Below are positions 32,301 to 42,917 of a stretch of 64,000 nt of DNA, one piece after another. Position 1 is the first letter of the stretch. Every line of letters begins with the position of its first letter. The translations under genes and the position numbers were made by a program. The notes under the pieces are model-generated. The model was not told the DNA's origin, searched no databases, and saw only the letters and a list, made by a program, of their open reading frames with translations. This DNA is from Alphaproteobacteria bacterium (lineage in GTDB: Bacteria > Pseudomonadota > Alphaproteobacteria > JABAAW01 > JAHZMA01), in contig JAHZMA010000086.1 of the NCBI GenBank assembly GCA_022599575.1, positions 756 to 64,755 on the forward strand, in the 5' to 3' direction.

Positions 32301-34574
32301 ATGGATAAAGAAGAATTAAAACAAGCGGCATTGGATTACCATGCCCAAGCACCTGCTGGAAAATTAGCAATTACTGCCACCAAACCAATGGTAACGCAAC
32401 GCGATTTATCGCTTGCCTATTCACCGGGCGTGGCATCGGCTTGTTTGGCGATTGAAGAAAACCCCGAAGATGCTGCAAAATATACCGCGCGTGGCAATTT
32501 GCTTGCAGTTGTTTCTAATGGCACGGCAGTTTTGGGTTTGGGCGCGATTGGTGCGCTTGCCTCAAAGCCCGTGATGGAAGGCAAGGCAGTCTTATTTAAG
32601 AAATTCGCTAATATCAATGTGTTTGATATTGAGGTGGACGAAACTGATATTGATAAATTTGTTGATATTGTTGCCGCGTTAGAGCCTACTTTTGGCGGTA
32701 TTAATTTAGAAGATATTAAAGCGCCACAATGTTTTGAAATTGAACGCAAATTGATTGAAAGATGTAATATCCCGATTTTTCATGATGACCAACATGGCAC
32801 AGCTATCATTGTATGTGCAGCGATCATCAATGCACTACAGATTGTTGATAAGAAGATTGAAAATGTTACCATGACTGTATCAGGTGCAGGCGCAGCGGCA
32901 ATCGCTTGTTTGGGCTTGTTGGTAAATTTAGGCATGAGAAAAGAAAATATCTTCTTATGCGATTCGCGTGGCGTTGTGCATGAAGGGCGTGATACCAAGC
33001 CTGACCAATATAAAGACCCTTACAGGCAAAAAACTGATAAGCGTACATTGCAAGATGCGCTTGAAAATGCTGATATTTTCTTGGGGTTATCAAAGGCAGA
33101 TTTATTAAAAGGCAAAGATATTGAGGTGATGGCAAAATCACCACTTATATTTGGGTTATCAAACCCCGTGCCTGAAATTATGCCAGATGATGCGCTTGCC
33201 CATCGCCCCGATGCGATTCTCGCTACTGGGCGTTCTGATTTCCCCAATCAAGTGAATAATGTGCTATGTTTTCCGTTTTTATTTCGCGGTGCGCTAGATG
33301 TGGGGGCAACTGAAATCAATATAGAGATGAAAAAAGCGGCTGTGTATGCGATTGCCGAATTGGCGCGTAGGGAAGTAAATCAACAGATATTGCTTGCCTA
33401 TGGCGATGAAGATTTTAAGTTCGGCAAGGATTATATTATCCCAAAACCATTTGACCCACGTTTACTAACCGCAATTGCGCCTGCGGTCGCGCAAGCGGCG
33501 ATGGATAGTAATGTAGCAACGCGTCCGTTAAAAGATATGGAAGCCTATAAGCAGAGAATGCACAGCTATGTCTATCGCACCTCATCTTTGATGCGGCCAC
33601 TTTATGCGGTGGCAAAAATGAGCCCCGCACGGATTGTCTATGCCGATGGTGAGGATTTTCGTGTGCTTGATGCCGTACAACAAGCGGTGATAGAAGGCAT
33701 TGCCAAGCCGATTATTATTGGCCGCAAAGCAGTGGTACAAAAAAGAATTGAGCGGTTAAATATCAAACTTGAGCTAGGGCAAGATTATGAATTATGCGAC
33801 CCCGAAGATGACCCACGCTATCGCGACTATTGGGAATATTATCAAAATATTCAACAAAGACATGGCGTTACTGCGGAAGATGCGCGCCGTATTGTACGCA
33901 CCAACCCCACTGTTATTGCGTCTATCATGGTGCATCGTGGCGAGGCAGATTCACTGATTTGTGGCGCAACAGGGCGTTATCATGCTCATTTGCGTGAATT
34001 GGTGAGCGTGTTTACCCCGCCTGCACATGATAGGGTGTTTGCGCTTACAGCTGTATCAACCGCAAAACGTGATGTGTTTCTGGCTGATACCCATGTGCAA
34101 ACGCCAAAAGACGCAGAAGATATCGTGAATATCGCTATCAGGGCGGCAGAATATGTTAAAAGTTTGGGCATTGAGCCAAAAGTAGCACTGCTTTCGCATT
34201 CGCAATTTGGCACAAGCGAAAACCGTTCGGCACTGAAAATGCGTGCGGCTGTACGTATCTTGCATGAACAATATCCTGATATACAGGTGGAAGGTGAGAT
34301 GCACGCCGATGCCGCATTTGATGAGGCGATAAGAAATCTGCATATTTGTGATAGTAAATTAAAAGGTGCTGCCAATATTCTTATCTTCCCCACCATCGAA
34401 GCTGGTAATACCGCTTATAATTGCATCAAAGTATTGGCTGATGGTGTTGTGGTTGGTCCAGTTTTGATGGGGTTAAGCCATCCAGTCAGTTTGGTAACTA
34501 ACTCTATTACCGCACATGGCATGCTTAATATTACCGCCGTCACTGCCGCTAATTTGGCATATAGTAAAGGTTAA
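32301..34574 (+). CDS. maeB: NADP-dependent malic enzyme with PTA-like C-terminal domain
   Basis: [50 protein letters not shown] plus C-terminal phosphotransacetylase-like region. Confidence 0.96.
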   Translation: MDKEELKQAALDYHAQAPAGKLAITATKPMVTQRDLSLAYSPGVASACLAIEENPEDAAKYTARGNLLAVVSNGTAVLGLGAIGALASKPVMEGKAVLFKKFANINVFDIEVDETDIDKFVDIVAALEPTFGGINLEDIKAPQCFEIERKLIERCNIPIFHDDQHGTAIIVCAAIINALQIVDKKIENVTMTVSGAGAAAIACLGLLVNLGMRKENIFLCDSRGVVHEGRDTKPDQYKDPYRQKTDKRTLQDALENADIFLGLSKADLLKGKDIEVMAKSPLIFGLSNPVPEIMPDDALAHRPDAILATGRSDFPNQVNNVLCFPFLFRGALDVGATEINIEMKKAAVYAIAELARREVNQQILLAYGDEDFKFGKDYIIPKPFDPRLLTAIAPAVAQAAMDSNVATRPLKDMEAYKQRMHSYVYRTSSLMRPLYAVAKMSPARIVYADGEDFRVLDAVQQAVIEGIAKPIIIGRKAVVQKRIERLNIKLELGQDYELCDPEDDPRYRDYWEYYQNIQQRHGVTAEDARRIVRTNPTVIASIMVHRGEADSLICGATGRYHAHLRELVSVFTPPAHDRVFALTAVSTAKRDVFLADTHVQTPKDAEDIVNIAIRAAEYVKSLGIEPKVALLSHSQFGTSENRSALKMRAAVRILHEQYPDIQVEGEMHADAAFDEAIRNLHICDSKLKGAANILIFPTIEAGNTAYNCIKVLADGVVVGPVLMGLSHPVSLVTNSITAHGMLNITAVTAANLAYSKG

Positions 34575-34626
34575 GTGATATGGTTAAGCAATCGCTACAC
34601 ATGCTAGAAGAGGAGGAAGCTGATTC

Positions 34627-36009
34627 ATGGCAAATGAAACTCAACCTCCTATCTTTCATGAGGAAATAGCTGCAGAGATAGTCAATGCGCGCGATGCCCT
34701 GCTGGAAGCATGGGAGATGCGTGACTTTAAGCGTTTTCATCATTATATTTTAAGCCTGCATGTCTCCGATATTGCATTGGTGCTGAACGAGATTCGCCCC
34801 GATGAGCGCGTGGCTTTCATCAATAAAATACGGCAAAAAGAACTGGTGCCAGATATTTTACTGTTCAGCGACGATACAATAAGGCTAGATATTTTACAAA
34901 AAATGCCTCTTAAATCCGTTGCTAGCTATCTGGAACATTTGGAAACCGATGACCGTATCAGCTTGATTGAAGATTTTTCACCCAATTTGCAGGGTAAATT
35001 ATTATCAATTTTAGCACCAAAAATCAGAGATGCGCTTATCAGCGGCTTGCAATTTGCCCCCGAAACTGCTGGGCGTCTTATGCGCCATGAATTTATCAGC
35101 GTTGCAGAAAATTGGCATGTGGGCAATGTGATTGATTATTTGCGTGCCCATACTGGCAAACTTCCCGATTTCCATAACATCATGCTGATCAATAAAAAAT
35201 TTGCTCCCGTTGGGGTATTGAAATTATCAAAGCTATTGGCAAGCAAGCGTGATATATTGTTGCGCGATATTATGAATGAGGATATCCATGCGATTGATGC
35301 CAATATGACAGAAGAAAATGTGGTACAGCTATTTCGTAAATATGGGCTGGTAGAGAGTCCCGTTATTAGCGATAAGGGCGTGTTATTAGGCACAATTACC
35401 ATTGATGATGTGATTGCGATTGCTGATGAAAAAGCAGAAGAAGATTTACTGAATTTGGTAGGTGTACGCGGACAAGATTTGCATTCTACAGCACTGACAA
35501 CAGCGCGTTTGCGTGGCAGTTGGCTATTGGTGAATCTGATGACCGCAATTATCACCTCGCTTTTTATTGGTATTTTCGATGTGGCGCTGGAAAAATTGGT
35601 GGTATTGGCGATATTAATGCCGATTATCGCTTCTATGGGTGGCAATGCGGGCATGCAATCATTGGCGGTTACCATTCGGGCGTTGGCACTTGGCTATCTA
35701 ACGCCGAATATATGTAGGCGATTGATTGTTAAGGAAATTTATGTTGGCTTTGTCAATGGTGCGGTGTTTGCTATTTTGGTGGCATGTGCGACATATGTGT
35801 GGTTTGCTCAGTTTGAATTAAGCGTTTTGATTGCGGTGGCAATGATTATCAATCTGGTGGTTGCCAATTTTTCAGGTTGTGTTGTGCCGATTCTGTTGGC
35901 GCGTTACAATTATGACCCTACCAATGGCGCGGCTGTTATTCTAACAACCATTACCGATATTTTTGGCTTTTGCCTGTTTTTAGGGCTAGCAACAATATTT
36001 TTGCTATAG
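34627..36009 (+). CDS. mgtE: Magnesium transporter MgtE
   Basis: TAGRLM, CBS pair, G.ITIDD, R..WL.VN, MGGNAG.Q, DP, TTITD. Confidence 0.95.
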   Translation: MANETQPPIFHEEIAAEIVNARDALLEAWEMRDFKRFHHYILSLHVSDIALVLNEIRPDERVAFINKIRQKELVPDILLFSDDTIRLDILQKMPLKSVASYLEHLETDDRISLIEDFSPNLQGKLLSILAPKIRDALISGLQFAPETAGRLMRHEFISVAENWHVGNVIDYLRAHTGKLPDFHNIMLINKKFAPVGVLKLSKLLASKRDILLRDIMNEDIHAIDANMTEENVVQLFRKYGLVESPVISDKGVLLGTITIDDVIAIADEKAEEDLLNLVGVRGQDLHSTALTTARLRGSWLLVNLMTAIITSLFIGIFDVALEKLVVLAILMPIIASMGGNAGMQSLAVTIRALALGYLTPNICRRLIVKEIYVGFVNGAVFAILVACATYVWFAQFELSVLIAVAMIINLVVANFSGCVVPILLARYNYDPTNGAAVILTTITDIFGFCLFLGLATIFLL

Positions 36010-36423
36010 ATAATCAATAAGCTTTATCGGTTGCGTTGCTTGCCATTGTTCGATTTGCGTTTGCCATTTACTTTTATCAATTGATAAAATTAAAGCGGGC
36101 GGACGTGAGGCAAGCAAGCAATAATTTTTTACTTCAGCAAATTGTTGCAACTGTTGACTTTTCTGCCCCCGATAGATAAAAATCCGTAGCTGATGGTGAA
36201 TATTTTGCAAAATTGGATTTTTAGATTGCCCGCAATCAAAAATTTTAATATCGGTATGAGCACATATCGCATCAAACATAGCTAAATCAGATAGTTGCGG
36301 ATGATAATGTGCAGAAATCAGCCCATAAGGCGCACGCGCCCATTGTTCCACCGCTTCCATATGCGATTTTTGCATAAGGGTGAATAAATGAAGGTTGCGC
36401 TTTATGGTATCATCAAGTAACAT
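36004..36423 (-). CDS. Hypothetical protein
   Basis: 139-aa ORF filling the gap between mgtE and dapA; no family recognised. Confidence 0.5.
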   Translation of the reverse strand: MLLDDTIKRNLHLFTLMQKSHMEAVEQWARAPYGLISAHYHPQLSDLAMFDAICAHTDIKIFDCGQSKNPILQNIHHQLRIFIYRGQKSQQLQQFAEVKNYCLLASRPPALILSIDKSKWQTQIEQWQATQPIKLIDYL

Positions 36424-36459
36424 AGGAAGTAAGTTAGCGATTTATAGAGAGAAAGTAAA

Positions 36460-37344
36460 ATGTTTCAAGGTGTATATACAGCATTAATAACCCCAATGCT
36501 CCCCGATGGTGCGCTAGACGAGCAGAGCCTAAAAAATCTGTTAGAACAACAAATTGCAGGTGGGGTGCATGGCATTGTATCAATGGGCACAACTGGCGAA
36601 AGTGCCACGTTTCCTGATGCCGACCATTGCGCCATTGTTGCCAAAACCATCGATTATGTTGCAGGGCGTGTGCCAGTGATTGCAGGGTGCGGCAGTAACG
36701 ATACTGTACATTTGGTGCATTTGGCAAAAGAGTTGGAAAAAATCGGCGCATCGGCCTTAATGGCAGTAACGCCTTATTATAACAAACCCAATGGCGAGGG
36801 ATTATATCAGCATTATGCGCGTTTGGCAGAAGCGGTATCAACTGATATTATTCTGTATAATGTGCCACCACGCACGGGCATTAATATGTCGGTTGATGTG
36901 ATTGCGCGCTTGGCAAAAGATTTTAAGAATATTGTTGCGCTAAAAGACGCTGTGCCCGGTGAAATCACCCGTGTGCTTGATGTGCATCTTGCGGCAGGCA
37001 ATGATTTTTGTGTGCTTTCGGGTGAAGATATAACCACTGTTGCGGGTTATATATTGGGGATGCAAGGCACAATTTCGGTTACCGCCAATGTTGCACCGCT
37101 TCTTATGGTGGAATGTTACAATGCTTTTCAATCAGGCAATCGCGATGAATTATTGCGCCTATGCCGTTTATTGCATCCGCTACATCAAGGGCTGTTTATC
37201 GAGCCGAACCCAATTATGCCGAAAACCGCATTACAGCTGATGGGAGTCATCGCGCATGATACATTGCGTCTGCCACTTATTTCGGCTTCAGATGCAAGCA
37301 AACAGGAGTTACAACAATTATTGCAATCATTAGATTTGTTGTAA
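36460..37344 (+). CDS. dapA: 4-hydroxy-tetrahydrodipicolinate synthase
   Basis: TALITP, GTTGES, PYYNKP, LYNVP.RT, LKDA, LSGED, ISVTAN, EPNP..PK. Confidence 0.96.
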   Translation: MFQGVYTALITPMLPDGALDEQSLKNLLEQQIAGGVHGIVSMGTTGESATFPDADHCAIVAKTIDYVAGRVPVIAGCGSNDTVHLVHLAKELEKIGASALMAVTPYYNKPNGEGLYQHYARLAEAVSTDIILYNVPPRTGINMSVDVIARLAKDFKNIVALKDAVPGEITRVLDVHLAAGNDFCVLSGEDITTVAGYILGMQGTISVTANVAPLLMVECYNAFQSGNRDELLRLCRLLHPLHQGLFIEPNPIMPKTALQLMGVIAHDTLRLPLISASDASKQELQQLLQSLDLL

Positions 37345-37354
37345 TATCATAAAA

Positions 37355-37882
37355 ATGGCACGAACAGCTAAAACCGATAATCAACATACGCGTGTAAAGA
37401 AAAACATAAAAGCCGACCGTGCTGTGAACGATGTTAAGGCGTATAATCGTCGTGCGCGGTTTGAATATGAAATTGGTGAAACAATCGAGGCGGGCATCGC
37501 GCTAACTGGCACGGAAGTACGTGCGATTCGCGATAGCAGTGTATCGCTGAAAGAGGCGTATGCGTCAGATCATAATAATGAAATAATGTTGTATAATATG
37601 TATATTCCGCCTTGCGCTCATGCCCATAAAAAGCTACAACATGAGACAAGGCGTATGCGACGTTTATTATTGCATCGGCGCGAAATTAATAAGCTGATTG
37701 GTGCCGTAAAGCGCGAAGGTATTGCCATTGTGCCACTGAAATTGTTTTTTAACAAAAGAGGCATCGCCAAAATAGAATTAGGCATCAGCGAGGGACGTAA
37801 AAAAGCCGATAAGCGTGCCGCTATTAAAAATCGGGAGTGGAAAGTAGAACAAGGACGTTTGTTGAAGAAAAACTATCAGTGA
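37355..37882 (+). CDS. smpB: SsrA-binding protein
   Basis: NRRARFEY, EAGIAL.GTEV, R.LLLH.REI.KL, G.KK.DKR..IK.REW. Confidence 0.96.
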   Translation: MARTAKTDNQHTRVKKNIKADRAVNDVKAYNRRARFEYEIGETIEAGIALTGTEVRAIRDSSVSLKEAYASDHNNEIMLYNMYIPPCAHAHKKLQHETRRMRRLLLHRREINKLIGAVKREGIAIVPLKLFFNKRGIAKIELGISEGRKKADKRAAIKNREWKVEQGRLLKKNYQ

Positions 37883-39138
37883 TGACATTTAAACGCATTT
37901 TCCCCCCTAATATTTTTATATGGGCTATTTTTATGTTGGCTATTTTTATATGTTCGCTGGTTGCAAACACCGCAAAAGCAGAGCAAAGCTATGCCGATTG
38001 GGTAAAATATCTTAAAATTGAAGCCGAAAGGCGCAATATTAAGCAATCGGTAATTGATGATGCCTTTGCCCATATTAACCTTACCAGTCCCAATGAAAAA
38101 ATTGTTCGTTCTGACCAGCATCAGCCCGAATTGATGCAAACTTTCTTTTCTTATTATGATAAGAGGGTTACTGATGAGTTTATTAGTGAGGGCAAGCAAC
38201 ATTACGCAAAATATAAGGGTTTTCTGGAAGAGTTGGAAAAAAAATATAATGTGCCGGGTGTGTATATCATTGCGCTATGGGGGATGGAAACCCGCTATGG
38301 TAAGATAAAAGGCAGGCATAATATCTTGAATGCCACCGCCACCCTTTCTTATACAAGGCGTAAAAATTTTTTCACGTTACAGTTTTTTACTGCCTTGCAA
38401 ATTATGGAGCAATATAACCGTCCTGCTGAACAAATGACGGGGTCGTGGGCAAGCGCGATGGGGCATATGCAATTTATCCCGACCACGCTTCATGATTATG
38501 GTGTTGATGGTGATAATGATGGTAAAATTGATATTTGGAGTAATGAATATGATGCTTTTGCCAGTGCCGCTTATTATTTATATAAAAGGGGCTGGCAGGC
38601 TGATAGATTATGGGGGCGCGAAGTAATAGTGCCTAAAAAATTCAACTATTCTCTGGCGAATATTAAGAAAAAACATTCGCTAAAATATTGGCGCAAAAAG
38701 AAGGTGAGACGCCTTGATGGCAGAAAGCTTCCCACGAAGCCTAATTTAGATGCAGCGTTAGTGATTCCAGCAGGTGCAAACGGACCAAAATTCTTGGTGT
38801 ATGATAATTTTTATCGATTCTTAAATTGGAATTATTCTACTCATAATGCGCTCACCGTTGGTTTGTTGGGCAATGCGATTGCGGGACGCAAAGTGTTGCA
38901 GAGCAACTATGATGTTGGACATAATGCGCTGAAGCGCGAATATGTTGTTAATACCCAAATATATCTGAATCAGCTTGGCTATAAAGCGGGTAAGGCAGAT
39001 GGAAAATTCGGTTCAAAAAGTCGTAAAGCATTGAAACGCTATCAAAAAGCACATAAACTACCAATTGATGGCTATTTAGATATTAATATTTACAAGCGAT
39101 TAAAGCAAGATGCTGATAAAAAAGCACGCGCTTCTTGA
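37882..39138 (+). CDS. Lytic murein transglycosylase (MltB-like) with C-terminal peptidoglycan-binding domain
   Basis: D..QPE, ALWGMET.YG, GSWA.AMG.MQFIP, DGD.DGKIDIW, WG.EV, L...GY..G..DG..G. Confidence 0.9.
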   Translation: MTFKRIFPPNIFIWAIFMLAIFICSLVANTAKAEQSYADWVKYLKIEAERRNIKQSVIDDAFAHINLTSPNEKIVRSDQHQPELMQTFFSYYDKRVTDEFISEGKQHYAKYKGFLEELEKKYNVPGVYIIALWGMETRYGKIKGRHNILNATATLSYTRRKNFFTLQFFTALQIMEQYNRPAEQMTGSWASAMGHMQFIPTTLHDYGVDGDNDGKIDIWSNEYDAFASAAYYLYKRGWQADRLWGREVIVPKKFNYSLANIKKKHSLKYWRKKKVRRLDGRKLPTKPNLDAALVIPAGANGPKFLVYDNFYRFLNWNYSTHNALTVGLLGNAIAGRKVLQSNYDVGHNALKREYVVNTQIYLNQLGYKAGKADGKFGSKSRKALKRYQKAHKLPIDGYLDINIYKRLKQDADKKARAS

Positions 39139-39207
39139 CCCATTTGAGGTGTGAATGTAAAATCGGATGTGATTGCAAAAATAATGAGTGAGATGATAAA
39201 AAAACAA

Positions 39208-40197
39208 ATGAGATATGATAATCTATTATTGATGCTAATTTTAGCAGGATTTCTGGTAGGGTGTGGCAATTATAACCCTGCTGGAATTCCGTTAGGTCAG
39301 CTAGAACAGGAACAATATGAATCATTCACCTATAGTGAATCTTATACCCCACAAGGTAATGCGAATTATAAAATTGGCAAAGGTTATCAAATTGAAGGTA
39401 CGTGGTATTATCCTGAAATAGATTATGATTATACCGAAGTGGGGATTGCTTCGTGGTATGGGCCAAAATTTCATAATAAAAAAACTGCCAATGGCGAGGT
39501 TTTCAATCAAGACGCACTCACCGCTGCCCATCGCACATTGCCTTTGCCTTCCATTGTGATAGTGCATAATTTAGAAAATGGGCGTTCGGTGAAATTACGC
39601 GTTAATGATAGAGGTCCATTCGCACGTGGACGCATCATTGATGTATCAAAGCGCGCCGCTGAAATTTTAGGTTTTTCAGGACAAGGAACCGCACCTGTAC
39701 GCGTAACAATTGTTGAAAATGAAAGTAGAAGACTAGCGCAATCTTTAGGTGGCAAACAAGAAGTGCTGAAAAATAACTCTTCGGTTGGAAATTTGCAAGG
39801 TCAAGAATTAATCATGCCCCAACAGGATAGTTTGCAATTTTATTCATTGCCAAAACCGCCAAAAGAAGCGACTGTCGCTGATACAACACAAACAAAAAAG
39901 CCAGAAACAAAAAAACCAGAGATAAATAACAATGTTAAACCGCTGAAAATTGATTTTAGCAAGCGGATATTCATTCAAGTAGGCGCGTTTGTTGAAGCAC
40001 CTAATGTTGATAGGGCGTTATTGGCATTTTCAAAGTTTGGCTATCCAGTGTTAAGGCAAGAAGTAGGGCGCGATAATCTCACCCGTGTTTTGGTAGGGCC
40101 GCTTAATACGATGGATAAAGATAAAATAGAAGAATTATTGACGCAAGCCATCAATATAGGGTATCAAAAATCCTATATTTATGTTTCAGAAAAATAA
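39208..40197 (+). CDS. rlpA: Septal ring lytic transglycosylase RlpA family lipoprotein with SPOR domain
   Basis: Lipobox LVGC, GIASWYG..FH...TANGE, TAAH.TLPLPS, RVNDRGPF..GRIID.S, IQVGAF; start uncertain (39151-39208). Confidence 0.92.
   Translation: MRYDNLLLMLILAGFLVGCGNYNPAGIPLGQLEQEQYESFTYSESYTPQGNANYKIGKGYQIEGTWYYPEIDYDYTEVGIASWYGPKFHNKKTANGEVFNQDALTAAHRTLPLPSIVIVHNLENGRSVKLRVNDRGPFARGRIIDVSKRAAEILGFSGQGTAPVRVTIVENESRRLAQSLGGKQEVLKNNSSVGNLQGQELIMPQQDSLQFYSLPKPPKEATVADTTQTKKPETKKPEINNNVKPLKIDFSKRIFIQVGAFVEAPNVDRALLAFSKFGYPVLRQEVGRDNLTRVLVGPLNTMDKDKIEELLTQAINIGYQKSYIYVSEK
39890..39920 (+). repeat. 15-bp tandem duplication (TKKPE x2) in the rlpA linker
   Basis: AAACAAAAAAGCCAG followed by AAACAAAAAAACCAG. 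Confidence 0.7.
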
Positions 40198-40201
40198 GGT
40201 A

Positions 40202-41374
40202 ATGATGAATATGATAATAAAGCATGTGGCTTATTTGTGCCATATTTTACTGTTGATGATAGTGTTTTGTAGTATCATTGCTAATATACAGACGGTAAAT
40301 GCCCAGACGGTTAATTACCCGCAAATCACCACTTCAGCAAAGCAATTATTGTTGATTGACCTTAATACACGTACCGCACTGGTTGCCAAAGCGGCCAATG
40401 AGCGTATGTATCCAGCCTCTATGACCAAAGTGATGACTGCCTATCTGGTGTTTGAGCATCTGAAAACTGGCTTTATTGATATGGATAGTAAGTTTAATGT
40501 TAGCTATAAAGCCCAGCAGATGGGTGGCTCGCGAATGTTTTTAGAATATGGCACACAAGTAACGGTGCGCGATTTACTTTATGGGTTGATTGTGCAATCG
40601 GGCAATGATGCGGCTGTGGTATTGGCAGAAGGCATTGCGGGCAGTGAGGATGAATTTGCCAAACTGATGAATAGTAAAGCCAAAGAATTGGGTATGGCTA
40701 ACAGTAATTTCCTCAATTCTAGTGGCTGGCCAGACGAGAATCATTATGTGACGGCTTTTGATTTGGCAATTCTGGCAAAACATATCATTGAAGATTTTCC
40801 AGATTTTTATCCGTTATATTCCGAACGTACATTCACTTATAACAATATCAAACAAAATAACCGCAACCCTTTATTATGGCAGGATTTAGGTGTTGATGGG
40901 CTGAAAACTGGCTTTACTGATGCTTCTGGCTATGGCTTGCTGGCATCTGCAAAAGAGGGCGAGCGGCGGATGATTATGGTTATTAATGGCATGGAAAGCA
41001 AGCGTGTACGCAGCCGTGAGAGCAATCGCGTATTGCGTTGGGCATTTACCGCATGGGATAATATCCGCCTTTATAATGCAGGGCAGGCGATTGGACGTTT
41101 ACCAGTCGCGCTTGGTGCTACTGAGATGGTGACATTACATGCCTCGCAACATATTGATTTAACAGTACCAGCGCGCAAAAGCCCACAATTAAAGGGTTAT
41201 ATCGAATATAAAGCGCCATTGATTGCACCAATTGCTAAAGGTGATGTGTTAGGCGTGTTGGTGGTACGCGAAAATGACAAAGAAATATTGCGGTCCCCCG
41301 TTGTTGCAGGGCAACATATTGAAGAAACTGGATTTTTTGGGCGGTTATCCTATAATATCCGCAACATTTTTTAA
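40202..41374 (+). CDS. D-alanyl-D-alanine carboxypeptidase (PBP5/6 family)
   Basis: PASMTK (SxxK), SGN (SxN), KTG motifs; start uncertain. Confidence 0.93.
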   Translation: MMNMIIKHVAYLCHILLLMIVFCSIIANIQTVNAQTVNYPQITTSAKQLLLIDLNTRTALVAKAANERMYPASMTKVMTAYLVFEHLKTGFIDMDSKFNVSYKAQQMGGSRMFLEYGTQVTVRDLLYGLIVQSGNDAAVVLAEGIAGSEDEFAKLMNSKAKELGMANSNFLNSSGWPDENHYVTAFDLAILAKHIIEDFPDFYPLYSERTFTYNNIKQNNRNPLLWQDLGVDGLKTGFTDASGYGLLASAKEGERRMIMVINGMESKRVRSRESNRVLRWAFTAWDNIRLYNAGQAIGRLPVALGATEMVTLHASQHIDLTVPARKSPQLKGYIEYKAPLIAPIAKGDVLGVLVVRENDKEILRSPVVAGQHIEETGFFGRLSYNIRNIF

Positions 41375-42012
41375 TGTTTATCAGTTTTGAGGGGATAGAT
41401 GCGTGTGGCAAGACCACACAAATAAAGAGGGTTGCCGATTATATCATGCAGAAATGGCAAAAAGAGACCGTGCTAACCCGTGAACCCGGTGGTACAAAAA
41501 CCGCTGAAAAAATTCGTTATTTTGTGTTGCATACTCATATTGCATCTCCTTTTGCCGAAGCTTTGATGATGAATGCCGCCCGCTATCTGCATTTTGATGA
41601 GGTGATTAAACCCGCATTGGCACGTGATGCATGGGTGCTATCGGATAGATTCTGCCATTCTACCTTTGCCTATCAAGCAGAGGTTGGGTTTGATAAATTA
41701 AAGCAATTACATGACCTTACAACTGGTAGCTTGTATCCTGATTTAACTTTTATATTAGATATTTCGCCCGAAGAGGCAACACAGAGGCGTCGTCAACAAA
41801 ATAGTGATAATGATGATCTATATGCCAATGATGTTTATGAGGGGCGTGATGATAGTTTTAAGCAAAAATTACGTGAGACCTATCTTGAAATTGCTAAAAA
41901 TGATGAAAAATGTCATGTGATTGATGCAACACTGCCTGTTGAAAAAGTCACCAAACAAATTATCGCCATCATTCAGCACTATATCGATGATAATAAAGGT
42001 GCAGCATCATGA
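41374..42012 (+). CDS. tmk: Thymidylate kinase
   Basis: FISFEGID.CGKTTQ, TREPGG, DRF..ST.AYQ, PDLTF.LD. Confidence 0.95.
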   Translation: MFISFEGIDACGKTTQIKRVADYIMQKWQKETVLTREPGGTKTAEKIRYFVLHTHIASPFAEALMMNAARYLHFDEVIKPALARDAWVLSDRFCHSTFAYQAEVGFDKLKQLHDLTTGSLYPDLTFILDISPEEATQRRRQQNSDNDDLYANDVYEGRDDSFKQKLRETYLEIAKNDEKCHVIDATLPVEKVTKQIIAIIQHYIDDNKGAAS

Positions 42013-42917
42013 TTATCGGGCATCAGCAAGCGCAAGAATATTTCTTCACGCGCAATCAATTACGGCATCATGCCTATCTGTTTCATGGCGCAGAAGGGGT
42101 TGGCAAAAGTCATTTCGCGTGGCAATTATTGGCAAAATGGTTTTCGGTGAGTGCTGAAAGCTTAAAATCTGGCGCAGGACATCCTGATTTTCGCTACCTT
42201 AAAGCGGCTGAGATAGGCAAAAGAATCACCGTTGATGATGTAAGACAGGCAGTTTCGGAATTGATGCTAACTGCCATTGGTGATAAACGCGCTTTGCTGA
42301 TTGATTGTGCTGATGATTTAGGCATGGAAGCGGCCAATGCCTTGTTGAAATTTTTGGAAGAACCACCCGCTAATAGTTATCTGATTTTGGTAAGTCATGC
42401 GCCCGATAAATTGCCTGTCACCATTCGTTCACGCCTATTGCCAATTGTGTTTAACCCGTTAACAGATGAAGAAACCAAACAAATTTTATCAGCCAGTGGC
42501 GTGGATACAGCGCAAGCGACATCATTATTGCCACTCACACAAGGCAAGCCCGGGCTGTTTTTACGGCTTTATCAGCAAGAATGCCATTTATTTATCGATG
42601 AATTAGAACAAGCCTTGCAAAATTTACCTGATATTAATAAGCAACAGCTTGATAGACTCACCAAAGATCTCTCTTATGAGCAATTTTATTGCCTCACCCA
42701 TCATATTAGTCGTTTTTTTGTTGCCGTCTTGGTTCAAAATAACCGTGATTATCAAAAATTTTATGCCGTGCCACATTTGCATATCATGCAATTATGGCAT
42801 AAAATTCATCATTATTTGCGAAACGCTTCTTTGCCAGCAGGCATGGGGTTTAACGCCTCGCAAATTGCATATTTTATTTTGCATTCACTCTATTTTTTAA
42901 GTAAAAAACACGCATGA
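42009..42917 (+). CDS. holB: DNA polymerase III subunit delta'
   Basis: HHAYLF.G..GVGK, HPDF, I.VDDVR, AANALLK.LEEPP, TIRSR; follows tmk. Confidence 0.9.
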   Translation: MIIGHQQAQEYFFTRNQLRHHAYLFHGAEGVGKSHFAWQLLAKWFSVSAESLKSGAGHPDFRYLKAAEIGKRITVDDVRQAVSELMLTAIGDKRALLIDCADDLGMEAANALLKFLEEPPANSYLILVSHAPDKLPVTIRSRLLPIVFNPLTDEETKQILSASGVDTAQATSLLPLTQGKPGLFLRLYQQECHLFIDELEQALQNLPDINKQQLDRLTKDLSYEQFYCLTHHISRFFVAVLVQNNRDYQKFYAVPHLHIMQLWHKIHHYLRNASLPAGMGFNASQIAYFILHSLYFLSKKHA

